This document shows, in pieces, positions 8,847 to 18,109 of a DNA stretch of 64,000 nt. The DNA is from Candidatus Shapirobacteria bacterium (lineage in GTDB: Bacteria; Patescibacteriota; Microgenomatia; UBA12405), in assembly GCA_017991615.1 (NCBI GenBank), contig JAGOQF010000003.1, positions 285-64,284 on the forward strand, written 5' to 3'. The number at the start of each line of letters is the position of its first letter. Within the stretch, counting starts at the first letter, position 1. Under the pieces are notes generated by a model. The model saw only the letters and a program-made list of their open reading frames with translations, searched no databases and had not been told where the DNA came from. Made by a program: the position numbers and the translations under genes.

Positions 8847-8869
8847 TAAATCGCCAAAAAAGGAGATTT

Positions 8870-9859
8870 ATGGATCTAAGAAAACTACCAAAAACTGAAT
8901 TCGCCGCCGCCGTGGCCCAAATTGCCGGCGAACGCAACATCGATGTCCAATCTATTTTGGATTCTATCGAACTTGGACTGATTTCTGCCTACAAACGCGA
9001 CCAAAAAGAACGTGGTCAAGAAGTTTCTGAAGATGATCAATTCGAAGTTGAACTTTCCGCTGACAGTGGTTCTTTCAAAGTTTTTAAACTCGAAGGTAAT
9101 AAAAAAATCGAAGTTACTCCACCCGGATTCGGTCGTATTGCCGCTCAAACCGCCAAGCAGGTTATTGATCAAAAAATTCACGAAATCGAAAAAGAAACCG
9201 TTATTAGTGAATTCCAAAAGAAAGTCGGTCAATTAGTTCCCGGTATTGTTTTGCGATCTGATCCTTACAAGTTAGTCGTCGGCGTTGGTAAAACTGAAGG
9301 TATTTGCCCCAAAGACGAACAAATTCGCGGTGAAGTCATTCAATTGGGTAGTCGTAAATGGTTTTTACTCAAATCGATTGTCAAAGACGAAGAAACCGGC
9401 AAAAGCGAAGTTATCCTTTCCCGCCGCGATCCTGAATTTATCAAACAATTATTTGTTCGCGAAGTTCCCGAAGTCGGCAACAAATCTGTCACTATCGAAA
9501 AAATAGCCAGATCAGCTGGCGAAAGAACCAAAGTAGCTGTTTCCTCCACTCAAGCTGGTGTTGATCCAGTCGGTTCTTGTATTGGTCAAAAAGGTTCTCG
9601 AATTCAAGCCATTCTCAACGAATTGCCACCTTCTGAAAAAGTCGATGTGGTTCCCTTTTCTAAAAATATCAATAATTTTGTAGTTCAGGCTTTATCTCCA
9701 GCCGAGGACATCAAAGTTGTTTCTATTGACCAAAATGTGGCCACTGTCTCTGTTCCTGAAAATCAATTAGCTTTAGCTATCGGTGGTGGCGGTGAAAACG
9801 TCCGTTTGGCCGGTCAGCTAGTTGGATTGGAAATTAAAATAACTCAAAATCAGGAATAA
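8870..9859 (+). CDS. nusA: Transcription termination/antitermination factor NusA (short form without the C-terminal AR domains).
   Basis: Start trimmed to MDLRKLPK, which has a strong SD. NusA N-terminal domain, S1 domain and KH domains (GQKGSRIQAI..., LAIGGGGENVRLA) are present. Confidence 0.85.
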   Translation: MDLRKLPKTEFAAAVAQIAGERNIDVQSILDSIELGLISAYKRDQKERGQEVSEDDQFEVELSADSGSFKVFKLEGNKKIEVTPPGFGRIAAQTAKQVIDQKIHEIEKETVISEFQKKVGQLVPGIVLRSDPYKLVVGVGKTEGICPKDEQIRGEVIQLGSRKWFLLKSIVKDEETGKSEVILSRRDPEFIKQLFVREVPEVGNKSVTIEKIARSAGERTKVAVSSTQAGVDPVGSCIGQKGSRIQAILNELPPSEKVDVVPFSKNINNFVVQALSPAEDIKVVSIDQNVATVSVPENQLALAIGGGGENVRLAGQLVGLEIKITQNQE

Positions 9860-9885
9860 ATTCATAGTTTCTGGTTTTCTAAAAT

Positions 9886-11298
9886 ATGACATTAACTCAA
9901 TCTAATACCTTTCGTCCGCCCATTGTTACTGTTATGGGTCATATTGATCATGGTAAAACCAGTCTTTTGGATAAAATCAGATCTACCGATGTTATCCGTC
10001 GCGAAGCCGGTGGTATTACTCAACATATCGGCGCTTATCAAGTTCAAGGAATTACTTTTATTGACACCCCCGGTCATGCCGCATTTTGTGACATGCGCAC
10101 CCGTGGCGCCAGTATTACCGATATTGCCGTTTTAGTTGTTGCTGCCACCGAAGGGATTATGCCTCAGACCAAAGAATGTATTGAACATATCAAAAAAAAT
10201 GATATTCCTTTTATTGTTGCCATGAACAAAATGGATCTTGAAGGCGCTTCTCCCGACAAGGTCAAAGGTCAATTGGTTGAAGCTGGTTTTACTCCTGAAG
10301 AATACGGCGGTCAAACTGCCGTTGTCCCTGTTTCCGCCAAAACCGGTCAAGGAATTGATAAACTATTAGAGCTTATTAAGCTTAACGCTGAAATTTTAGA
10401 GCTGAAATCTTACCCTGATCGTCCTCTTCAAGCTTTTATTATTGAGTCTAAACTTGATAAATCCCGCGGTCCAGTGGCTTCCTTGATTGTCCAAGAAGGT
10501 ACTCTCAATCTTGGCGATCAAGTTTATGCCGACGATATTTTATGCAAAGTCAAAGCCATTGTTGACGACAAAGGTCAATCTCTTAAATCTGCCGGTCCTA
10601 GCACTCCGGTTAAAGTTTTAGGTTTCGAATTAGTTCCTTGTGTTGGCAGTTTGGTTACTCCTGAAAAACGTCTGCCTTCTCCTACTTCTCAATGTAAAGT
10701 CAAGTATGAATACGACGAAGACAATCCCAAATTGAAAATCATTCTCAAAGCCGATGTTGAAGGCACTCTTGAGGCTCTCAAACGCAGTTTTTCCGATGAT
10801 GTTTACATTTTATCCGAAGGTGTCGGCGCCATTACTGACAATGATGTTTTTATGGCTGAAACCGGCAATGCTCAAATTTTTGCTTTCAATGTCAACACTC
10901 CCAAACAAATCCTCAAATTAGCGGAAAAAAATCAAGTCAAAGTCTTTCAGTCCAAAATTATTTACGAAATTATCGAAAATATTCAATCTCAAGTTCTCAA
11001 AATGTTGGAACCTACCATTGATGAAACTATTTTAGGCGAGGGGATCATCAAAGCTGAATTCAAAATTGACAAAGTCAGAATTGCCGGTATTCAGTGTACC
11101 AAAGGCGAAATTACTAAAGGTGATCAAATTCACCTCAAAAGAGACGGCAAAATTATCAAAGACACCAAGGTTGAGGGTATTCGTCACGGTAAAGATATTA
11201 TTGACAAAGTCAAGTCTGGTTCCGATTGTGGTATGACTTTTAAGCCTTATATTGACTTTAAGTTAAACGATGTTATAATATCCTATAACAAGACGTAA
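9886..11298 (+). CDS. infB: Translation initiation factor IF-2 lacking the N-terminal domains.
   Basis: Begins directly with the G domain (IVTVMGHIDHGKTSLLD, DTPGH, NKMD). The C-terminal beta-barrels are present. Length is 470 aa. Confidence 0.85.
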   Translation: MTLTQSNTFRPPIVTVMGHIDHGKTSLLDKIRSTDVIRREAGGITQHIGAYQVQGITFIDTPGHAAFCDMRTRGASITDIAVLVVAATEGIMPQTKECIEHIKKNDIPFIVAMNKMDLEGASPDKVKGQLVEAGFTPEEYGGQTAVVPVSAKTGQGIDKLLELIKLNAEILELKSYPDRPLQAFIIESKLDKSRGPVASLIVQEGTLNLGDQVYADDILCKVKAIVDDKGQSLKSAGPSTPVKVLGFELVPCVGSLVTPEKRLPSPTSQCKVKYEYDEDNPKLKIILKADVEGTLEALKRSFSDDVYILSEGVGAITDNDVFMAETGNAQIFAFNVNTPKQILKLAEKNQVKVFQSKIIYEIIENIQSQVLKMLEPTIDETILGEGIIKAEFKIDKVRIAGIQCTKGEITKGDQIHLKRDGKIIKDTKVEGIRHGKDIIDKVKSGSDCGMTFKPYIDFKLNDVIISYNKT

Positions 11299-11402
11299 AT
11301 GGCACTTAATTAGCTTGCCGTTTAGTTTTAATTAAAAAATAATAAGAATTAAAGCAGGCTTTCTGATAATTGCCAAATTGTCTTATCAGAAATGAATTTC
11401 TT

Positions 11403-12158
11403 ATGAAAAACTACAAAGTCGATGACATCAAAAATTTGCTTCAAACTGCCAAGACAGCTTTGGTTGTCGTCCCTCAGTTAAGTATCGATAGTTTATCTGC
11501 CGGTTTAGCTTTGGCTTTGTCTCTTAAAAACAATAATCTTGATACCAAGCTTTTTTGCCCCCAAAAACCCGACGCTAACTATTCTAAACTTAGTGGTTTA
11601 GAAATGGTTACCGACACTCACAATCAAAATGATTTAGTCATTACTCTTGACTATCCTCTTGATCAAATTGAAACCGTCAACTACAACCAAGATAACGGCA
11701 AATTAAACTTAGTAGTTCAAACCAAAGACGGTTCTCCAAAAGTCTCTCAAAATCAAATTTTGGTTACCAATCAGTCCGGTAGCGCTGACGTTAACTTTAT
11801 TCTGGGTGATGAAACCAGTTTAGGGGTCAATTCCAATATAGTTAATTCTGGCACTTGGGTGCAGATTTCTCCTCAAAACAATCTCAAACCTTGGGCTAAA
11901 ACTGGTTTAGTTGATCAAGATGCCCCTTATTCCGAAATGTTCACTTTTTTACTGCCTATGCTCAATTTAAATCTTACTCATGACATTGCCAAAAACTTGC
12001 TTATCGGTTTGCGTGTTGCCACCCAATCATTTTCCATCAATGTTTCTCCGGAAACTTTCGAAGCCGGTGCTATTTGTCTCAGAGCCACTCAAATCCCCGC
12101 CAGTCAAGAATCTCAACCTCAGCCAACCAATAATCCCAATTTCACCCCCACCGCCTAA
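11403..12158 (+). CDS. Hypothetical protein, possibly a degenerate DHH/DHHA1 (NrnA-like) phosphoesterase homolog lacking the catalytic DHH residues.
   Basis: ALVVVPQLSIDSLSAGLALALSL and LVITLDYPLDQI mimic the NrnA motifs (VRPDPDAYGS and VIVCDT respectively). DHH itself is absent. The position after infB is where rbfA/nrnA usually sit. Confidence 0.3.
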   Translation: MKNYKVDDIKNLLQTAKTALVVVPQLSIDSLSAGLALALSLKNNNLDTKLFCPQKPDANYSKLSGLEMVTDTHNQNDLVITLDYPLDQIETVNYNQDNGKLNLVVQTKDGSPKVSQNQILVTNQSGSADVNFILGDETSLGVNSNIVNSGTWVQISPQNNLKPWAKTGLVDQDAPYSEMFTFLLPMLNLNLTHDIAKNLLIGLRVATQSFSINVSPETFEAGAICLRATQIPASQESQPQPTNNPNFTPTA

Positions 12159-12218
12159 GTAAAACATAGAATACCAACTTATCTTGAAAACACTCATCAA
12201 TACTGATATAACTCTTTT

Positions 12219-13043
12219 ATGAAAGAGAAAAAGTTATCGATATCCAAAAAAGTTTTATATTTACTCTTGGTGCTTAGTTTAGGTCTTGGTTTGTTTTTTA
12301 TTTTTAATAAACCTGTCTCCAAATTAGAGTCATACAACGATCTGGAAATTTTATTCAATCAAATTAGTAATCAATTGACTACCGATAATCGGGTTACTGA
12401 GTTTGATTCTTCCCGCGAAGCTTGGTGGATTGACACCGACAATCTAGACTTAGCTATCCCCACTCAATTATCCATAGGATTTATCATCAAAAATGACTCC
12501 AATAATCCTAACAGAAACAAAGATCTAGACCAAATTTTTGATAATCTGAATAAAATTGTCAAAAATAATTTATCTCGTCACGGTTTCAAAATAAATACTC
12601 GAAATTCTTCCAAAAACAAGGATGATAACCAATTTTATGACTACATTCAGGCTTATGAATCGGGACAATTTATTTGTCTAGCCGAATCCCCGATCATAGA
12701 AGAAATGGGGAATTGGTTCCATTTTTATTGTTTTACTTCAGACCAAGTTAAAGCCGCTCGGGAACGGCAGTTACCTTTTATAAAAATTCTTCAGTCTAAA
12801 AATTCTATAATTTATGATTTAGAAATTATTGATAACTATGCCAAGGGTAATCATCACGCCAGAAGAGTTGGTTCCACCGCATATTTTTATAAAAATAATA
12901 ATCAATGGGAATTACTTTGGGACTATCAAGATCTCCCTATGTGTACCGAATTTTCTGAAAAAAATATTCCAACCAAATACTGGACTGATTGTTATGACCA
13001 ACAAATGAATATTCATAAAGGTAGTGACGTTTGGTCAAATTAA
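12219..13043 (+). CDS. Hypothetical membrane-anchored/secreted protein.
   Basis: N-terminal TM/signal anchor (LYLLLVLSLGLGLFFIF). No recognisable domains. Confidence 0.5.
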   Translation: MKEKKLSISKKVLYLLLVLSLGLGLFFIFNKPVSKLESYNDLEILFNQISNQLTTDNRVTEFDSSREAWWIDTDNLDLAIPTQLSIGFIIKNDSNNPNRNKDLDQIFDNLNKIVKNNLSRHGFKINTRNSSKNKDDNQFYDYIQAYESGQFICLAESPIIEEMGNWFHFYCFTSDQVKAARERQLPFIKILQSKNSIIYDLEIIDNYAKGNHHARRVGSTAYFYKNNNQWELLWDYQDLPMCTEFSEKNIPTKYWTDCYDQQMNIHKGSDVWSN

Positions 13044-13093
13044 CTTTTTTATAATCAATTGTCACATCATTAAATTAAAGGTATACTGTTTGT

Positions 13094-13900
13094 ATGAAAG
13101 ATACTACCTTAATTCAGGAATCTCAACCAGTCCAAGTTAATCAGTCTAGTTCAACTAACAATCCCTATAAATATTTATTTTTTACTACCATTGCTATTTT
13201 ATTAGCTGCTGTTGGTGTCTTTTATTTTGTTTTAAATAATAAAGCGAATCAATTAAAGACTGACAAAATAAATAGCAAAGTTTCTTCAGAAATTGTCCTT
13301 CAAGCACCAACTATAACCACCCAACCGACTCCAAACAAGCAGGAATCAACTTTAACAGAGTCTGACTCAAATTATAATCTTTATACTAACTATAAATTTG
13401 GTTTTTCTCTGATTGTTTCCAAATTTTTAACCAATCAAATTGATTGTGGGGACAAAAATTTACCAATAACATTTTTTGAAAACGGAGATACTATTTATCT
13501 GGCCTCCAAATCCTTTTACACTCCCAATTCTTGTCAAAAAAATACTACCACTTGGGAAGATTTTAAAAGCACTAATTACTCATTATCTAGGCTAAAAATA
13601 TATGCAGCTAACGTTAAAGACGACAGTTCTCTTGAGAATTATTTAAAATCAAAATACGGTTCGGGTTGTAAATTAGGCCAAAAAACTCAATCTCCCACAG
13701 CAGATATTTATAATGTCAAAATTTTAGGCGACGGTAAAGATCTTTCCGAAAGCGATTGTCCTATCAATTTTATGGTCGACGTCAAATATAATCCCACAAA
13801 AAGTACCGTTGTTATTTTCGAATTAGGTCAAGCCTGCAATCTTTACCAAGGCCAAAATTGTGCCGATTCAAAAGTTGTCAGTAGCCTTAAGTTTCTTTAA
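13094..13900 (+). CDS. Hypothetical membrane-anchored Cys-containing extracytoplasmic protein.
   Basis: N-terminal TM segment. Eight Cys residues are spread across the ectodomain. Confidence 0.5.
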   Translation: MKDTTLIQESQPVQVNQSSSTNNPYKYLFFTTIAILLAAVGVFYFVLNNKANQLKTDKINSKVSSEIVLQAPTITTQPTPNKQESTLTESDSNYNLYTNYKFGFSLIVSKFLTNQIDCGDKNLPITFFENGDTIYLASKSFYTPNSCQKNTTTWEDFKSTNYSLSRLKIYAANVKDDSSLENYLKSKYGSGCKLGQKTQSPTADIYNVKILGDGKDLSESDCPINFMVDVKYNPTKSTVVIFELGQACNLYQGQNCADSKVVSSLKFL

Positions 13901-13911
13901 TGTGCTATAAT
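13901..13911 (+). promoter_or_regulatory. Extended -10 promoter TGTGCTATAAT upstream of rpsO.
   Basis: Third copy of the same 11-mer core, 77 nt upstream of the rpsO ATG. It is followed by a CTCCC...GGGAG hairpin at 13912-13942. Confidence 0.45.
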
Positions 13912-13987
13912 CTCCCCTAGACTAAATTCGGTTTTTTGGGAGCCATTCCAAAATATTATATTTTTACCGGACTTAGCCGAATAACAT

Positions 13988-14257
13988 ATGGCGTTAACCA
14001 AAGAAGAAAAGCAGGAAATTATTACTAAACACGCTCAAGCCAAGGGTGATACCGGTTCTCCGGAAATTCAAATTGCTATTCTTACCAAAGAAGTCGAAAA
14101 ACTCCAAGGTCATTTAGCTGAAAACAAACACGATTCTCCGGCCAAACGCGGCATTTTAACCAAAATTGCCAAACGTCGCCGTCTGCTTCGTTATCTGTCT
14201 ATTCACAAACCTGATCGATACACTGCTATCACTAAGTCTCTTGGATTGAAGAAATAA
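13988..14257 (+). CDS. rpsO: 30S ribosomal protein S15.
   Basis: KEEKQEIITKH...GDTGSPEIQIAILT...RRRLLRYL is canonical S15. Confidence 0.93.
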   Translation: MALTKEEKQEIITKHAQAKGDTGSPEIQIAILTKEVEKLQGHLAENKHDSPAKRGILTKIAKRRRLLRYLSIHKPDRYTAITKSLGLKK

Positions 14258-14278
14258 CCAGCTAAAATTAATTAATTT

Positions 14279-16465
14279 ATGAAAATGTATACACAAGATA
14301 TTTTGGTGGGTGACAAAAAAATCAGTCTTTCCACTGGTAAACTCGCTCCTCAAACCAACGCTTCAGTTGTCGCTCAATTTGGCGATACCGTGGTTCTAGC
14401 CACTGTTTTAATGGGAAAACTAGACGAAACTAAAGATTATTTTCCTTTGTCTGTTGAATTTATTGACAAACTTTATGCCGGTGGCATTATCAAAGGTGGT
14501 AAATGGATCAAACGCGACGGCGCCCCTTCCGATACTGCCATTCTTTTTGGCCGAATTATCGACCGTTCCCTTCGACCTCTGTTTCCACAAGGGTTTTTAA
14601 ACGAGATTCAAATCATTACTACCGTCCTTAGCAATGACAAAAATCACGATGTTGTTATTCCCGCCTTTACCGCTGCCGCCGCAGCTTTGGCAATTTCTGA
14701 TATTCCCTTCAACGGTCCCGTTTCTGCCGTCAGAGTTGGCTATGTTGACGATAAATTAGTTGTCAATCCAACCTTAGATCAGTTGAAATCATCTTTATTC
14801 GATCTTTTGGTTTGCACCAGTCCCAAAGGTGTTAATATGATCGAAGCCGACGGTAATATCGTCAAAAACGATTTAATGCTTTCTGCTATTGAATTGGCTA
14901 AAACTACCGGCGATCAAATCAATGCTCAAATTAATGAGTTTGTCGCCAAAGCCGGCAAAACCAAAATTATTTTTGAACCTGCCGGACCTTCTGTCGATCT
15001 TATCAAAGATGTTGAATCCAAAATCAAAACTGATATTAAAAAATTCTTTGACGATGGTGTCGATGGCGCTCATATGATTGGACAGGAGACCATTATTGAA
15101 AAAGTCAAGCAAATTTATCAGGACAAAATTGATTCCGAAGAAGTTTCTTTAAACCATCTTATTGCTGCCGTCGATACTATTCTTAAAGCTCATGTTCGCC
15201 AACAAACTCTTTCTGGTCATCGTTATGATCGTCGAAAATTAGACGAGATTCGACCTCTAAACGTGGAAGTCGGTGTTTTGCCTACCACCCACGGTTCGGC
15301 CTTGTTTGAACGGGGACTAACCCAAGCTATCACTGTTACCACTCTAGCTCCTTTGGCTGAAAAACAATATCTTCAAGATAGTAATGGTGAAGCTACCAAA
15401 CGCTATATCCACTATTACTCGGCTATGCCTTTCTCCACCGGTCAAACCGGTCGTGTCGGTCGTCCTGGTCGTCGGGAAATCGGTCATGGAGCCTTGGCTG
15501 AAAAAGCCTTGGTTCCGGTCATTCCTAGCGAATCTGAATTCCCTTACACTATTGTTTTAACTTCCGAAGTTTTGTCTCAAAATGGTTCTTCTTCCATGGC
15601 CTCTACTTGTGGCTCCACTATGTCTCTTATGGACGCTGGTGTTCCCATCAAAGACAAAGTTGCCGGTATTTCCATTGGTCTTATGGCTGAAACCGACGAC
15701 AAATATATTTTGTTAACTGATATTGCCGGTATTGAGGATCATTTTGGTGATATGGATTTTAAAATCACTGGGACTCGCGATGGTATCACTGCTATCCAAT
15801 TGGATATCAAACGTGAAGGTCTGACTTTACAAATGATTCGTGATACTTTTATCGCTTCCACTAAAGCTCGACTTCAGATTTTGGATAAAATGGATTCAGT
15901 TCTCGCCGCGCCCAGGTCCGAATTATCACCCTTAGCTCCAAAAGTAAAATTAGTCCAATTACCTGAAGACAAAATTGGTGATGTTATTGGTAGTGGCGGT
16001 AAAACTATCAAAGCTCTAATGGATAAATATCAGGTTCAAATTGATATTGACGATTTTGGTGCCGCTTCTATTTCTTCCCAAAACCAACAATCAATTGAAG
16101 ATGCCGTCTATGAGATTGAATCTATGATTAAAGAGGTTCAGATTGGTGAAGAATATTCAGGCATCGTTACCAGAGTTGAAAACTATGGTGCTTTTGTGGA
16201 ATTCTTACCCGGTCGCGAAGCTTTACTTCATGTCTCCGAAATGTCTGGTGGCTTTTTATCCGATCCTTCAACCATCATTAAAGTTGGTGATAAATTAAAT
16301 GTCAAAATTGCCGGCTTCAACGACAATCATCAGATTAAATTATCTTCTCCTGAGTTCAAAGCCGCTCACCCCGGTCAACCTCGAGAAAATAACAACCGAG
16401 CTCAGTTTGCTTCCAAACCGGAATTTCGCAAATTCAACCCTAACTTTTCCAAGCGACCCAAATAA
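14279..16465 (+). CDS. pnp: Polynucleotide phosphorylase.
   Basis: Two RNase PH domains, plus KH and S1 domains. The FSTGQTGRVGRPGRREIGHG motif is present. Confidence 0.95.
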   Translation: MKMYTQDILVGDKKISLSTGKLAPQTNASVVAQFGDTVVLATVLMGKLDETKDYFPLSVEFIDKLYAGGIIKGGKWIKRDGAPSDTAILFGRIIDRSLRPLFPQGFLNEIQIITTVLSNDKNHDVVIPAFTAAAAALAISDIPFNGPVSAVRVGYVDDKLVVNPTLDQLKSSLFDLLVCTSPKGVNMIEADGNIVKNDLMLSAIELAKTTGDQINAQINEFVAKAGKTKIIFEPAGPSVDLIKDVESKIKTDIKKFFDDGVDGAHMIGQETIIEKVKQIYQDKIDSEEVSLNHLIAAVDTILKAHVRQQTLSGHRYDRRKLDEIRPLNVEVGVLPTTHGSALFERGLTQAITVTTLAPLAEKQYLQDSNGEATKRYIHYYSAMPFSTGQTGRVGRPGRREIGHGALAEKALVPVIPSESEFPYTIVLTSEVLSQNGSSSMASTCGSTMSLMDAGVPIKDKVAGISIGLMAETDDKYILLTDIAGIEDHFGDMDFKITGTRDGITAIQLDIKREGLTLQMIRDTFIASTKARLQILDKMDSVLAAPRSELSPLAPKVKLVQLPEDKIGDVIGSGGKTIKALMDKYQVQIDIDDFGAASISSQNQQSIEDAVYEIESMIKEVQIGEEYSGIVTRVENYGAFVEFLPGREALLHVSEMSGGFLSDPSTIIKVGDKLNVKIAGFNDNHQIKLSSPEFKAAHPGQPRENNNRAQFASKPEFRKFNPNFSKRPK

Positions 16466-16493
16466 ATAATAAATAAATAATGTATAATTAGTT

Positions 16494-17000
16494 ATGAAAG
16501 CTAAATTAAACTTAGAAAATAAGAATCTTTTTAATGTTGTTATTGTATTATTCCTCTTGATAGTCATTGTTGTTTTGGTGGTAACTAAATATCAAACTTT
16601 GCCCAACACTCAAAGCTTAGATCAAGAAAATCTAAAAAAATTAGCTTCCCGAGAAATTGACAAAGCCCTTCATTTTCATTTTCACTTTACCGCTGACACA
16701 GATAAACCATATCAATATAAACCTAGTGATCTTGACTACGAAACTCAAATCATAAAAATCTCACCAGATCATAATGCCGTTATTGGTAAATATAGGACTA
16801 GCGATTCTTGGTTTTGGTTAGGCTGGAAAGAAGATAATGGATCTTGGAAAATATTAGTTGATCTCGACGGATATGATTGCAAGGATTTAGATACTATTCC
16901 TCAAAAATACTCTGATTTCTTTTATGAACAAGTCCACCCATATTCTCCATTAGATAGAAAATGTTTTGATTGGGATAAACATTATAAACAGAGAAAATAG
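16494..17000 (+). CDS. Hypothetical membrane-anchored protein.
   Basis: N-terminal TM segment (VVIVLFLLIVIVVLVV). W/Y-rich ectodomain. No recognisable domain. Confidence 0.45.
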   Translation: MKAKLNLENKNLFNVVIVLFLLIVIVVLVVTKYQTLPNTQSLDQENLKKLASREIDKALHFHFHFTADTDKPYQYKPSDLDYETQIIKISPDHNAVIGKYRTSDSWFWLGWKEDNGSWKILVDLDGYDCKDLDTIPQKYSDFFYEQVHPYSPLDRKCFDWDKHYKQRK

Positions 17001-17047
17001 TTTTCTAAGACTAAGATATTATCTCTAAAATAGATTATACTTTTCAT

Positions 17048-18109
17048 ATGGATTCTAGTGTTTTGACTACTCAACAAGCTATCAAGACTCTTCGTCAAAA
17101 GGTTAATTCTGTCAAGCTACCGGAAAATTTACTTACCAACTTAGAAGAACTTTTTTCTCAGCTAGTCATCAATTCTCGTAATGAGGAATCCTTTTGGCAA
17201 AATTATCAATCTGCATCAAAATACATCAGTTATCTTATCAGTGTTCCTTGGTTTGCTCAGACTCAAGATATTCTTGACCTCCAGTTTGCTAGAGAAAAAC
17301 TCAACGAGCAACACTATGGCTTAGACGCTGTCAAGGAACGTCTGTTAGAATATATTTCCGTTCTTGCCCTCCAAAAAAATCGTCATCCAGACAATCCTAT
17401 CAAAGCTCCAGTTTTATTGTTTGTCGGTTTGGTTGGCACCGGCAAAACTACTATGGCCAAATCTATTGCCAACGTTTTAGGTCGACAGTTAATCCGAATT
17501 CCTTTTGGTGGCTTAGGTGACCCGCTTTATCTCCGTGGTCAGTCTCGAATTCACCCTGAAGCCGAACCTGGACAAATTATCAAAGGTCTAATCAATTCTA
17601 AAAGTATCAATCCGGTAATTCTTTTAGATGAAATCGACAGAGTTGCCGACGATGCTCTCAACACCATTATGGGTGTTTTAGTAGAGTTGCTTGACCCAGA
17701 GCAAAATAATCACTTTGTTGACCATTACATTGATTATCCAGTCGATCTGTCTCGAGCCATTTTTTGTGCCACTTGCAACAACACTTCTCGAATTGCCACC
17801 GCTGTCATGGATCGACTTGAGGTTATTCAAATGCCCTCTTATACTGACGAAGAAAAAATAGTTATCGGCCGTGACTATATTTTCCCCAAAGTTATCAAAG
17901 AAGCCGGCCTCCGCCCCGAAGAAATCAAAATTGACAATTCAGTTTGGGATCAAATTGTCCGTCCTTTGGGTTTTGACGCCGGAGTTCGGACTCTTCAACG
18001 CAATATCGAAGGTTTATGCCGCAAAGTTGCCAAAATGATTTTTGAAGGCAAAACCAAACAGGTTGTGGTTGACGAGTCCAATGTTAAACACTATCTGCCC
18101 CAATGGTAG
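17048..18109 (+). CDS. Lon-family AAA+ ATPase module without a protease domain.
   Basis: VKERLLEYISV, LLFVGLVGTGKTTMAKSIANVLGRQLIRIPFGG, VILLDEIDRV, LVELLDPEQNNHFVDHYIDYPVDLSRAIFCATCN and AGVRTLQRNIEGLCRKVA align with the Lon ATPase core. The ORF ends where the Lon S16 protease domain would begin. Confidence 0.65.
   Translation: MDSSVLTTQQAIKTLRQKVNSVKLPENLLTNLEELFSQLVINSRNEESFWQNYQSASKYISYLISVPWFAQTQDILDLQFAREKLNEQHYGLDAVKERLLEYISVLALQKNRHPDNPIKAPVLLFVGLVGTGKTTMAKSIANVLGRQLIRIPFGGLGDPLYLRGQSRIHPEAEPGQIIKGLINSKSINPVILLDEIDRVADDALNTIMGVLVELLDPEQNNHFVDHYIDYPVDLSRAIFCATCNNTSRIATAVMDRLEVIQMPSYTDEEKIVIGRDYIFPKVIKEAGLRPEEIKIDNSVWDQIVRPLGFDAGVRTLQRNIEGLCRKVAKMIFEGKTKQVVVDESNVKHYLPQW

Noticed and set aside
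8807-8869. N-terminal extension of nusA starting at 8807 (MRFEFGAGKAPFF...).
   Set aside because: The extension would read through the leader terminator hairpin and the SD. The ATG at 8870 has a strong AAGGAG RBS and gives a canonical NusA N-terminus.
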